Shown: positions 9,646 to 25,173 of the stretch, piece by piece
Numbering within the stretch: position 1 is the stretch's first letter
How the letters are laid out: every line of letters starts with the position of its first letter
Assembly (NCBI GenBank): GCA_958420355.1
Contig: CATZJG010000004.1
Coordinates: 69,972 to 133,971, forward strand
Direction of reading: 5' to 3'
DNA length: 64,000 nucleotides
DNA from: an uncultured Collinsella sp.
GTDB taxonomy: Bacteria; Actinomycetota; Coriobacteriia; Coriobacteriales; Coriobacteriaceae
Made by a program: the position numbers and the translations under genes
Notes under the pieces: model-generated
The model's input: only the letters and a program-made list of their open reading frames with translations
Told to the model about the DNA's origin: nothing
Databases searched by the model: none

Positions 9646-10782
9646 ATGCGTCTGCCCATGAATACCTCGCTTGCCACGCTCAAGCCCTCCGGTATCCGCC
9701 GGATCAACGCGCTCGCCGCCCAGCACCCGGGATGCATCGCGCTTGCGCTTGGCGAGCCCGATTTTCCCACGCCCGATGTGATTAGTGCCGAGGTGACCGC
9801 CGCACTGGACCGCGGTGACACGCACTATCCGCCCAACAACGGTCGCCCCGCCCTGCGTGAGGCGTTATCTGCCTACATGGGGGACGCGGGCCTTACGTTT
9901 TCGGCCGACGAGGTCATCCTAACCGACGGCGCGACCGAGGCCCTGTCGGCAACATTCATGGCTATGCTCAACCCCGGCGACGAGGTCATCATCCCCACGC
10001 CGGCCTTTGGCCTGTACGAGAGCATCGTCGTGGCCAATCACGCCAAAGCGGTCTTTTTGGATACGGAGCCTGCGCAATTCCAGATTGACGAGGACGCACT
10101 TCGTGCTTGCGTGACGCCGGCGACCAAGGCCATCGTCATCTGCTCGCCCAACAATCCTACGGGCTGTATCCTCAACGCGGCTTCGCTCGACGCCGTGGCG
10201 CACGTGGCGGAGCAGGCGGGCATCTACGTGGTCTGCGACGACGTATACAACCGCCTGGTCTACGTGGACGGCTACGAGCGCTTTACCCAGCGCCACCCGG
10301 AGCTTCGCGATCAGACGGTAGTTATTGAGAGCTTTTCCAAGCCCTGGGCCATGACCGGCTGGCGTTTGGGCTGGCTCGCAGCGGCAGCCCCCGTCATCGC
10401 CGAGATCGCAAAAGCCCACCAATACTTAGTATCGAGCGCCGTCTCCTTCGAAATGGACGCCGCAGCCCGAGCCCTCACCGTCGACCCCACCCCCATGCTC
10501 GAAGTCTACCGAGCCCGTTGCAAACGTGTACTCGCAGCCTTAAACGCCATGGGCCTCGACGTAGTAGAGCCCGCAGGAGCCTTCTACACTTTCCCGAGCA
10601 TCAAAAAGTTCGGCCTAACCAGCGAAGCCTTCTGCATCAAAGCCATCAAAGAGGCCAACGTAGCCCTAGTCCCCGGAAACTGCTTCGGCACCGAAAGCCA
10701 CATCCGCCTAAGCTACTGCGTCTCCGACCAAGATCTGGACGAAGGCCTAAATCGCCTGTCCACCTTCATTTCAACCTTATAG
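9646..10782 (+). CDS. pyridoxal-phosphate-dependent aminotransferase, class I/II (aspartate-aminotransferase-like)
   Basis: SFSKPWAMTGWRLGW (PLP-lysine motif), NPTG, and a LALGEPDFPTP N-terminal motif. Confidence 0.9.
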   Translation: MRLPMNTSLATLKPSGIRRINALAAQHPGCIALALGEPDFPTPDVISAEVTAALDRGDTHYPPNNGRPALREALSAYMGDAGLTFSADEVILTDGATEALSATFMAMLNPGDEVIIPTPAFGLYESIVVANHAKAVFLDTEPAQFQIDEDALRACVTPATKAIVICSPNNPTGCILNAASLDAVAHVAEQAGIYVVCDDVYNRLVYVDGYERFTQRHPELRDQTVVIESFSKPWAMTGWRLGWLAAAAPVIAEIAKAHQYLVSSAVSFEMDAAARALTVDPTPMLEVYRARCKRVLAALNAMGLDVVEPAGAFYTFPSIKKFGLTSEAFCIKAIKEANVALVPGNCFGTESHIRLSYCVSDQDLDEGLNRLSTFISTL

Positions 10783-10830
10783 CCCAACGGGACGCAACAC
10801 ATCAGCCCATCGACCCAAGCATTATGAGTG

Positions 10831-11058
10831 GGGGCGTCAGCCAACGAAAACCCGGGCTGCCCAAAGTCAACGCAGGCACGCGCCGCCGAAGGCCAGGCGC
10901 AAGGTTTTCGTAGATTCCGCACGAGCCGAAGAGCACTTAATGTGCTCTTCGTGCGAGCCAGGACTTGACCGAGCGAAAACCTTGCGCCTGGCCTTCGGCG
11001 GCGCGTGCCGGATGGTGGAATTGTGTGCAGCCCGGTTTTCCGTTGACCGACGCCGGGG
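10831..11058. repeat. nested palindromic element, diverged copy (perfect 36-bp arms 10875-10910/10974-11009 around a 63-bp core, plus an imperfect outer layer)
   Basis: The arms were checked base by base as reverse complements. The core shares TTCCGCACG, GCACTTAATGTGC and CAGGACT with the 77-bp core found at three other loci. Confidence 0.75.
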
Positions 11059-11185
11059 TCCCCGCCATAATACTTTCGGTTCACGCACGAATCCGCTGCC
11101 AGAGACAGCCGGCGCAAACGGGTCTTACCCGCGAGCTTAATGGGACTTCCCGCCAGCCGAGGTGGTCGAGTAGATATGTCTTCTC

Positions 11186-11222
11186 GCCCCCGTCGCTCAT
11201 GCAGCGCGGGGGCTTTCTTTTT
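11186..11222 (+). terminator. hairpin plus T-tract just upstream of rplJ (terminator or leader attenuator)
   Basis: GCCCCCG (11186-11192) pairs with CGGGGGC (11207-11213), followed by TTTCTTTTT. Confidence 0.5.
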
Positions 11223-11287
11223 GGACATGCCCCCGTCACGTCCTTGTGGCGGACCGTGCCCGGAAAGAATTCGAGGAGGTGTAATTC

Positions 11288-11809
11288 ATGCCCCAGCAGT
11301 ACAAAATCGACAAGGTTGCAGAGATCGAGTCCCGTATCGCCGAGAACGCCGGTCTGTTCGTCGTCAACTACAACGGTCTGACGGTTAAGCAGGCTCAGGA
11401 GCTGCGTCATCAGCTTCGCGAGTGCGGCGCCGAGATGAAGGTCTACAAGAACAACCTGGTCAAGATCGCCCTCAAGAACCAGGAGCAGCCCGAGATCGAC
11501 GAGATCCTCGCCGGCCCCGTCGCTTATGTGTTCTACGAGACCGAGCCGGTCGAGGCCGCTAAGGCCCTTAAGGACTTCTCCGCTCAGTCCAAGGGCGTCC
11601 TTGAGATCAAGGGCGGTATCTCCGACGGCAAGGCCGTTTCCGCTGATGATGTTAAGGCTATCGCCGAGCTGCCCACCAAGGATCAGCTTCTCGGCCAGAT
11701 TGCCGGTCTCATCTCCGGTTTCGCTCGCGACATCGCTGTCTGCGTCAACGGCGTTTCCTCTGGTCTCGCTCGTTCGATCCAGCAGGTCTCCGAGCAGAAG
11801 GCAGCCTAG
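11288..11809 (+). CDS. rplJ: 50S ribosomal protein L10
   Basis: The translation and the position immediately upstream of rplL support the call. GAGGAGG precedes the ATG. Confidence 0.95.
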   Translation: MPQQYKIDKVAEIESRIAENAGLFVVNYNGLTVKQAQELRHQLRECGAEMKVYKNNLVKIALKNQEQPEIDEILAGPVAYVFYETEPVEAAKALKDFSAQSKGVLEIKGGISDGKAVSADDVKAIAELPTKDQLLGQIAGLISGFARDIAVCVNGVSSGLARSIQQVSEQKAA

Positions 11810-11911
11810 TCGCTGTTTTCACCCGCGGCGGCAACGCCGCACCCCTGGCGCATTCGCGCCGTGTTTTAACTGATCTCCGTGCATCCGCACGGAAACCGAA
11901 AGGACTTAGAA

Positions 11912-12289
11912 ATGGCTAAGCTTACCACCGATGAGATCATCGATGCTCTTAAGGAAATGACCCTTCTCGAGGCTTCCGAGCTCGTCAAGGCTATCGAGGA
12001 CACCTTCGGCGTTTCCGCCGCTGCTCCTGCCGCTGTTGTCGCCGCTCCCGCTGCTGGCGCTGCTGAGGCCGAGGAGAAGACCGAGTTTGACGTCGTGCTC
12101 GAGGGCTTCGGCGACAACAAGATCCAGGTCATCAAGGCCGTCCGTGAGCTCACCAACCTTGGCCTGAAGGAGGCCAAGGAGGTCGTCGAGGGCGCTCCCA
12201 AGGCTGTTCTCGAGGGTGCCAAGAAGGAGGACGCCGAGGCTGCCAAGGAGAAGCTCGAGGCTGCTGGCGCTGCTGTCACCCTCAAGTAA
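11912..12289 (+). CDS. rplL: 50S ribosomal protein L7/L12
   Basis: [34 protein letters not shown], an Ala-rich hinge, and [26 protein letters not shown] moved the start to ATG 11912. Confidence 0.95.
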   Translation: MAKLTTDEIIDALKEMTLLEASELVKAIEDTFGVSAAAPAAVVAAPAAGAAEAEEKTEFDVVLEGFGDNKIQVIKAVRELTNLGLKEAKEVVEGAPKAVLEGAKKEDAEAAKEKLEAAGAAVTLK

Positions 12290-12316
12290 TCAGGCTTTCT
12301 CGCCAGATTTCTTTGC

Positions 12317-12356
12317 AGACGGGGTTCGCATTGCGAGCCCCGTCTTTTTTGTTTTT
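12317..12356 (+). terminator. Rho-independent terminator after rplL
   Basis: AGACGGGGTTCGC pairs with GCGAGCCCCGTCT, followed by TTTTTTGTTTTT. Confidence 0.8.
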
Positions 12357-12603
12357 CGGTCCCTCGGCATCGGTTGTTCAAACTGCCATGTTCTGTGATT
12401 TGTGTCGTATCGCGTGCTCTGCCGTTGGGCAATAAAATTGCACCATTCGAGCAATAATTTGCGTTGACCTGCTGAAGAATTGTCTCTGCCTTGTAGTGAC
12501 ATATAGTTCCAGCGGTAAGATGCTTGGGTATCGCAATTTGGTCTGCGGCTGTGTGCCGCACGCATGGGGCGCTTTTGCGCCTGCGAAAGGATCTTTGAAT
12601 AAC

Positions 12604-13512
12604 ATGAAGGCAATCATCCCCGCCGCCGGTCTTGGCACGCGTTTTCTGCCTGGCACCAAGTGCACGCCCAAAGAGATGCTGCCGGTGCTCGACAAGCCCG
12701 TCATTCAGTACGTCGTCGAGGAGGCGCTCGACCCCGAGGAGGTCGACGACGCCATCATCGTTACCTCTCCCGGCAAGCCCGAGCTACTGAACTACTTCCA
12801 GCCCGATCGCTCGCTCGAGAACCTGCTGCGCGAGCGCGGCAAGAATGCCTATGCCGATGCCGTCGCCCACGCTGGCGGTATGCCGGTCGACTTCCGTTAT
12901 CAGTACGAGCCCAAGGGCCTCGGCCATGCTATTCGTTCTGCTGCCGACGCCGTGGCAGGGGAGAACTTCCTGGTTCTTCTGGGCGACTACGTTGTGCCTA
13001 ACCGCGACATCTGCGACAAGATGCTCGCCGTTTCCAAGGAGCACGGTGGCGCTTCGGTTATCGCCGTCGCTGCTTGCTCGCCCGAGGAAGTCAGCCGCTA
13101 CGGCGTTATCGCCGGCGAGCGCGTCGGTTCGCTCGAGGGCGCCGAGGGCGTTGCCGATGCTGAGCCGGGCGCTGTCTGGCGCATCGGCGGTCTGGTCGAG
13201 AAGCCCGCTCCCGAGGCGGCTCCGTCCAACCTGTACATCGTCGGTCGCTACTTGCTGAGCCCGCTGGTCATGGACCTGCTGGCAGATCAGCAGGCCGGCA
13301 AGGGCGGCGAGATCCAGCTCACCGACGCAATGGCCCGTTCGCTCGATCGCGAGGCCATGTATGCGGTCGTCATCGACCCGCTGTCGGGCTACGACACCGG
13401 CACTCCCTCTGGCTGGATGGCCACCAACGCCCTCATGGCTGCAAGCGATCCCCGCTTTGCCGATGCCTTCTGGGACGCTATCGACGAGCGCGGCGGATTG
13501 ATGCGCAAGTAA
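12604..13512 (+). CDS. galU: UTP--glucose-1-phosphate uridylyltransferase
   Basis: MKAIIPAAGLGTRFLPGTKCTPKEMLPV, YQYEPKGLGHA, VEKP. The start is ATG 12604. Confidence 0.9.
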   Translation: MKAIIPAAGLGTRFLPGTKCTPKEMLPVLDKPVIQYVVEEALDPEEVDDAIIVTSPGKPELLNYFQPDRSLENLLRERGKNAYADAVAHAGGMPVDFRYQYEPKGLGHAIRSAADAVAGENFLVLLGDYVVPNRDICDKMLAVSKEHGGASVIAVAACSPEEVSRYGVIAGERVGSLEGAEGVADAEPGAVWRIGGLVEKPAPEAAPSNLYIVGRYLLSPLVMDLLADQQAGKGGEIQLTDAMARSLDREAMYAVVIDPLSGYDTGTPSGWMATNALMAASDPRFADAFWDAIDERGGLMRK

Positions 13513-13532
13513 ACCTTCGGACATCGACATTT

Positions 13533-13567
13533 ACGGGCACGGACCTCGGTTCGCGCCCGTTTTTTTA
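13533..13567 (+). terminator. hairpin plus T-tract after galU
   Basis: ACGGGC pairs with GCCCGT, followed by TTTTTTT. Confidence 0.55.
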
Positions 13568-13800
13568 TAAGAGCTGCGATTACTGGCTCTCTGTTCACAG
13601 AAAATATATGAACAGATGTTCGATACACATACATTTACCTGCGTATTTTCTGTCGAAAAACTTTGCTACTCCAAAAACTCAATCGCGTCAAGGCTTTTCT
13701 TGCCCAACGGTCGGTACCTGATAAACTATTAGGTTGCGATAACTGGCGAAGCTATGCCTCGCCAACCCACCGAGCATTTCCGTGAAGGAGGAAAAACCTG

Positions 13801-21774
<7,974 letters not shown>

Positions 21775-21800
21775 CTTCCAAGTACGTTAACCGCCCTTCC

Positions 21801-21838
21801 AAAGACCCGTTTCCCAACAGGGAAGCGGGTCTTTTTTG
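21801..21838 (+). terminator. Rho-independent terminator after rpoC
   Basis: AAAGACCCGTTTCCC pairs with GGGAAGCGGGTCTTT, and the run continues as TTTTTT. Confidence 0.8.
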
Positions 21839-21844
21839 GTGAGG

Positions 21845-22036
21845 AACGTTACCTCGACGAGTACGTCGGATTCCCGGAACGGGCCGCCCGCTGTTTAAGT
21901 TTGTCGCGAGTTCCGCACGCAAAGGAAAGCACTTAATGTGCTTTCCGTCTTGCGCAGGACTGTAGAGCAGCAAACTTAAACAGCGGGCGGCCCGTTCCGG
22001 GAATCTGCCCCCGCGCACAGAAGGGGATTCCTTTTG
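21845..22036. repeat. 192-bp module A containing a nested palindromic element (palindrome 21869-22005; TTAA-77 bp core-TTAA at 21895-21979)
   Basis: It is a direct repeat of 23862-24053, with about a dozen substitutions. The 26-bp outer arms are perfect. The 85-bp centre is identical to the copies at 23912-23996 and 41183-41267. Confidence 0.85.
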
Positions 22037-22062
22037 CCAATAAGGGACAGGTTTATTTTGGT
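22035..22062. repeat. left 28-bp inverted repeat bounding the sigma cassette
   Basis: The reverse complement of TGCCAATAAGGGACAGGTTTATTTTGGT matches 23831-23858 at 27/28 positions. Confidence 0.65.
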
Positions 22063-22153
22063 AGGTTATTCCTGCTTGAATTTGAAACATTTCGTTCGGT
22101 CAAAGCGTATCTATGGTGAGGGCCTCAGCAAGAATCATTAACGTCACCGGGAG

Positions 22154-22678
22154 GTGATTATGGAAGAACAAGCATTTAGACAGGCGGTCGAGGATCACCG
22201 TGATGTCGTGTTTCGAATCGCATTGACGTACCTGCGCGATTGTGCCGATGCCGACGATATTGCCCAGGATGTCTTTCTTAAGTTGCTTAAAAGCGATGGA
22301 CACTTTGAAAGTTGGGAACATCTTCGCCGCTGGCTTATCCGGGTCACGATCAATGAATGTAAATCCCTCTTTCGAAAGCCATGGAGGCGTGTGGAGGATA
22401 TTGAGAACCTGGCCGAGTCGCTTTCGACAGCGCAGGATGAGACCAAGGCCGTCCTGTCAGATGTCATGCGGCTTCCGGAACGATTCCGTATCCCCATCGT
22501 GCTCTATTACTATCTGGGCTTCTCGACTTCAGAGATTGCCGAGTTGCTGCACGTACCAGCCGCGACCGTTCGAACGCGTTTAGCTCGCGGCAGATCGAAA
22601 CTCAAGTTCATCCTAGAGGAGGGCGACCGTGAAATCCAACCAAATCAAGCAGGCCTTCGAGTCCGTCCAAGCCGATAG
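22154..22678 (+). CDS. ECF-type RNA polymerase sigma-70 family factor
   Basis: Region 2 (DADDIAQDVFLKLL, WLIRVTINECKSLFRK) and the region 4 HTH (GFSTSEIAELLHVPAATVRTRLARGRSKL). Confidence 0.9.
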   Translation: MIMEEQAFRQAVEDHRDVVFRIALTYLRDCADADDIAQDVFLKLLKSDGHFESWEHLRRWLIRVTINECKSLFRKPWRRVEDIENLAESLSTAQDETKAVLSDVMRLPERFRIPIVLYYYLGFSTSEIAELLHVPAATVRTRLARGRSKLKFILEEGDREIQPNQAGLRVRPSR

Positions 22679-23705
22679 CGATCTTGCTGACCGTGTTCTT
22701 TATGCCGCTGCTGGTGAGCCGCTTCGCCGAAAGGGTCACGCGAAGCCTCTGTATGTTGCCGTGATCGGATGCCTTGCCGGAGTGCTGGCGACCGGAGGGG
22801 TCGCCTACGCCGTCGTCAATTCCAGTTATTTTGCCTCTGCCTGGGGAAACCATGGCAACGGAGAGTCCATTACCTGGACTCAAGGTGGCTCGTCGGGGAC
22901 TAAATATACCTACACCAGAGAGTTTGGTGATGGTATCGCGCCCCAAAGCTTGGAGGGTTCAGTACAGAAGGTCAATCTGTCCGTCGAGGGCAACGGCTAT
23001 ACGCTCGACATTCATGATATGGCTATCGATAAAAACGGTTGCGGTGCCGTGACGTTTACGTTGTCCAATCCAAATGGTGTTAACTACTACAAGCCGGCAG
23101 CAGAGACAGGCGAACTTGTTCTCTATGGTGAAGAAGAACAAGGCATCGGCACGCCCAGCATGAACTTCGGCGAGGAATGGGCTGATACACGCTGCACAAT
23201 TGATAAGGACACATCAAGCGACACGGTCATTAATGGCACGATGTACTTTGCCTCGTGGAATCGCGAGCGAGATTTGGGACATGCGGTCACCTGGAATATC
23301 TGCTGGACTGAGGGCGAAGGCGAGGACGCGAGGCTGTTCGAGGCATCGACGCCCGAGTTTAGCGTTGGAGCGTACGTCGATACAAAGGAACTCCGCTCCG
23401 ATGACTCGCCTCTCGAGATCAGCCCGTTTTCTATCCAGACACACATCGATGATTTGGGCATTGACGCAGTCACGAAGAAGTTGACGGTTACCTACAAGGA
23501 TGGATCGGAGCAGATTATCGAAGATGACGACGCAGGGGCGTTCAACTTATATTTTTCTTATACGCGCAATAGCGGAGAGAACATCTGGGTGCCAACGAAG
23601 TTGATTGATGTCGACCAAGTGGTCTCAGTAACGCTTGAGGGCACGAGGTGCACGTCAACAGGAGAGACCGAAACGGAAGAGTCCTTTACTATCGTCTATT
23701 CGTAA
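22629..23705 (+). CDS. putative anti-sigma factor: single-pass membrane protein with a large extracytoplasmic domain
   Basis: Short cytoplasmic N-terminus (MKSNQIKQAFESVQADSDLADRVL), one TM segment (LYVAVIGCLAGVLATGGVAYAVV), then ~290 aa outside. GTG 22629 is preceded by GGAGGG and overlaps the sigma gene end by 50 nt. Confidence 0.7.
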   Translation: MKSNQIKQAFESVQADSDLADRVLYAAAGEPLRRKGHAKPLYVAVIGCLAGVLATGGVAYAVVNSSYFASAWGNHGNGESITWTQGGSSGTKYTYTREFGDGIAPQSLEGSVQKVNLSVEGNGYTLDIHDMAIDKNGCGAVTFTLSNPNGVNYYKPAAETGELVLYGEEEQGIGTPSMNFGEEWADTRCTIDKDTSSDTVINGTMYFASWNRERDLGHAVTWNICWTEGEGEDARLFEASTPEFSVGAYVDTKELRSDDSPLEISPFSIQTHIDDLGIDAVTKKLTVTYKDGSEQIIEDDDAGAFNLYFSYTRNSGENIWVPTKLIDVDQVVSVTLEGTRCTSTGETETEESFTIVYS

Positions 23706-23830
23706 GGTCTGAGGCCGCTTCCTACTAGGGGAAGCGGCCTCTTTTGCGTTAAATGGAAACGCCGCCGATTTCCATGCGACAGATGAGAGCAGATTACCGC
23801 TGGAGCTCGACGTTTCCCCAGATAAAACCG

Positions 23831-23858
23831 ACCAAAATAAACCTGTCCCTTTTTGGCA
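23831..23858. repeat. right 28-bp inverted repeat bounding the sigma cassette
   Basis: ACCAAAATAAACCTGTCCCTTTTTGGCA. It includes the small hairpin CCTGTCC..GGCAGG. Confidence 0.65.
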
Positions 23859-23861
23859 GGT

Positions 23862-24053
23862 AACGTTGCCCCGACGAGCGCATCGGATTCCCGGTCCGGG
23901 CGGCCCGCTGTTTAAGTTTGTCGCGAGTTCCGCACGCAAAGGAAAGCACTTAATGTGCTTTCCGTCTTGCGCAGGACTGTAGAGCAGCAAACTTAAACAG
24001 CGGGCCGCCCGGACCGGGAATCCGCCCCCGCGCACAGAAGGGGATTCCTTTTG
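23862..24053. repeat. 192-bp module B containing a nested palindromic element (palindrome 23885-24023; TTAA-core-TTAA at 23912-23996)
   Basis: Direct repeat of module A. The arms differ from A at three positions per arm, and each difference is mirrored on the partner arm. Confidence 0.85.
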
Positions 24054-24107
24054 TGTAGGCTTTGCGGAAATATGCTCATTTTGGGATACGCCCGGCGGCG
24101 TGGTCTG

Positions 24108-24136
24108 TTGACGGCACAGCTAACGCCACGTATCCT
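24108..24136 (+). promoter_or_regulatory. candidate sigma-70-type promoter for rpsL
   Basis: TTGACG, a 17-nt spacer, then TATCCT, located ~95 nt upstream of the rpsL start. Confidence 0.4.
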
Positions 24137-24229
24137 ATCGAACTGCGTGTTTCGTAGGGGGATGCTGACCCCTCGATTCAAGCCGTTGCACTTTACAGAA
24201 AGCTGGAATCATTCGAGAAGGAGTACGCT

Positions 24230-24607
24230 TTGCCTACTATTAACCAGCTGGTTCGCCAGGGCCGTCGTTCCGTGCCCAAGAAGTCCAAGAACGCTGCTCT
24301 GCAGCACAACTCCCAGAAGCGCGGCGTGTGCACCCGCGTCTTCACCACGAGCCCCAAGAAGCCGAACTCGGCTCTTCGTAAGGTTGCCCGTGTTCGCCTT
24401 GTCAACGGCATCGAAGTTACTGCTTACATCCCGGGTGAGGGCCACAACCTGCAGGAGCACTCCATCGTGCTCGTCCGCGGCGGTCGTGTCCGTGACCTCC
24501 CTGGTGTCCGTTATCACGTCATCCGTGGCGCCTACGACGCTGCTCCGGTCCAGAACCGTATGCAGGCCCGTTCCAAGTACGGTGCTAAGCGCCCCAAGGC
24601 CAAATAA
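24230..24607 (+). CDS. rpsL: 30S ribosomal protein S12
   Basis: [44 protein letters not shown] start preceded by GAAGGAG. Confidence 0.97.
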   Translation: MPTINQLVRQGRRSVPKKSKNAALQHNSQKRGVCTRVFTTSPKKPNSALRKVARVRLVNGIEVTAYIPGEGHNLQEHSIVLVRGGRVRDLPGVRYHVIRGAYDAAPVQNRMQARSKYGAKRPKAK

Positions 24608-24680
24608 GCCAGATAACGTTTTGATACTTTCGCCGTGTGCCGCCTAAGCGCCGCACGGTAGACACTTAAGGAGATTTCAC

Positions 24681-25154
24681 ATGCCGCGTCGTGCAGCAGC
24701 TAATCGTCGTGAGGTTCAGCCTGACGCCGTTTACAACAACCGCCTGGTGACTCAGCTCATCAACAAGGTCCTTCTTGACGGCAAGAAGGCCACCGCTGAG
24801 CGCATCGTTTACACCGCTTTCGAGATCGTTGCCGAGAAGTCCGAGGGTGGCGACGCTCTCGCTACCTTCAAGAAGGCTATGGACAACGTCAAGCCCACGC
24901 TCGAGGTTAAGCCCAAGCGTGTCGGTGGCGCTACCTATCAGGTCCCGATGGAGGTCAACTCCCGTCGTTCCACCGCTCTGGGTATCCGCTGGATCGTCAA
25001 CTTCTCCCGCGCTCGCAAGGAGAAGACCATGGCCGAGCGTCTCGCCAACGAGATCCTCGACGCTTCCAACGGCCTGGGTGCTTCCGTCAAGAAGCGTGAG
25101 GACGTCTTCAAGATGGCCGAGGCCAACCGCGCTTTCTCTCACTATCGTTGGTAA
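24681..25154 (+). CDS. rpsG: 30S ribosomal protein S7
   Basis: [31 protein letters not shown] at the C-terminus. Confidence 0.97.
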   Translation: MPRRAAANRREVQPDAVYNNRLVTQLINKVLLDGKKATAERIVYTAFEIVAEKSEGGDALATFKKAMDNVKPTLEVKPKRVGGATYQVPMEVNSRRSTALGIRWIVNFSRARKEKTMAERLANEILDASNGLGASVKKREDVFKMAEANRAFSHYRW

Positions 25155-25173
25155 GTTAAGGTAAGGAACTAAC

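Noticed and set aside
22629-22678. 50-nt overlap between the sigma and anti-sigma ORFs as a possible frameshift or pseudogene
   Set aside because: Both ORFs are intact with complete domain sets. The anti-sigma GTG has a good GGAGGG RBS, and the sigma tail beyond region 4 is simply a short non-conserved extension.
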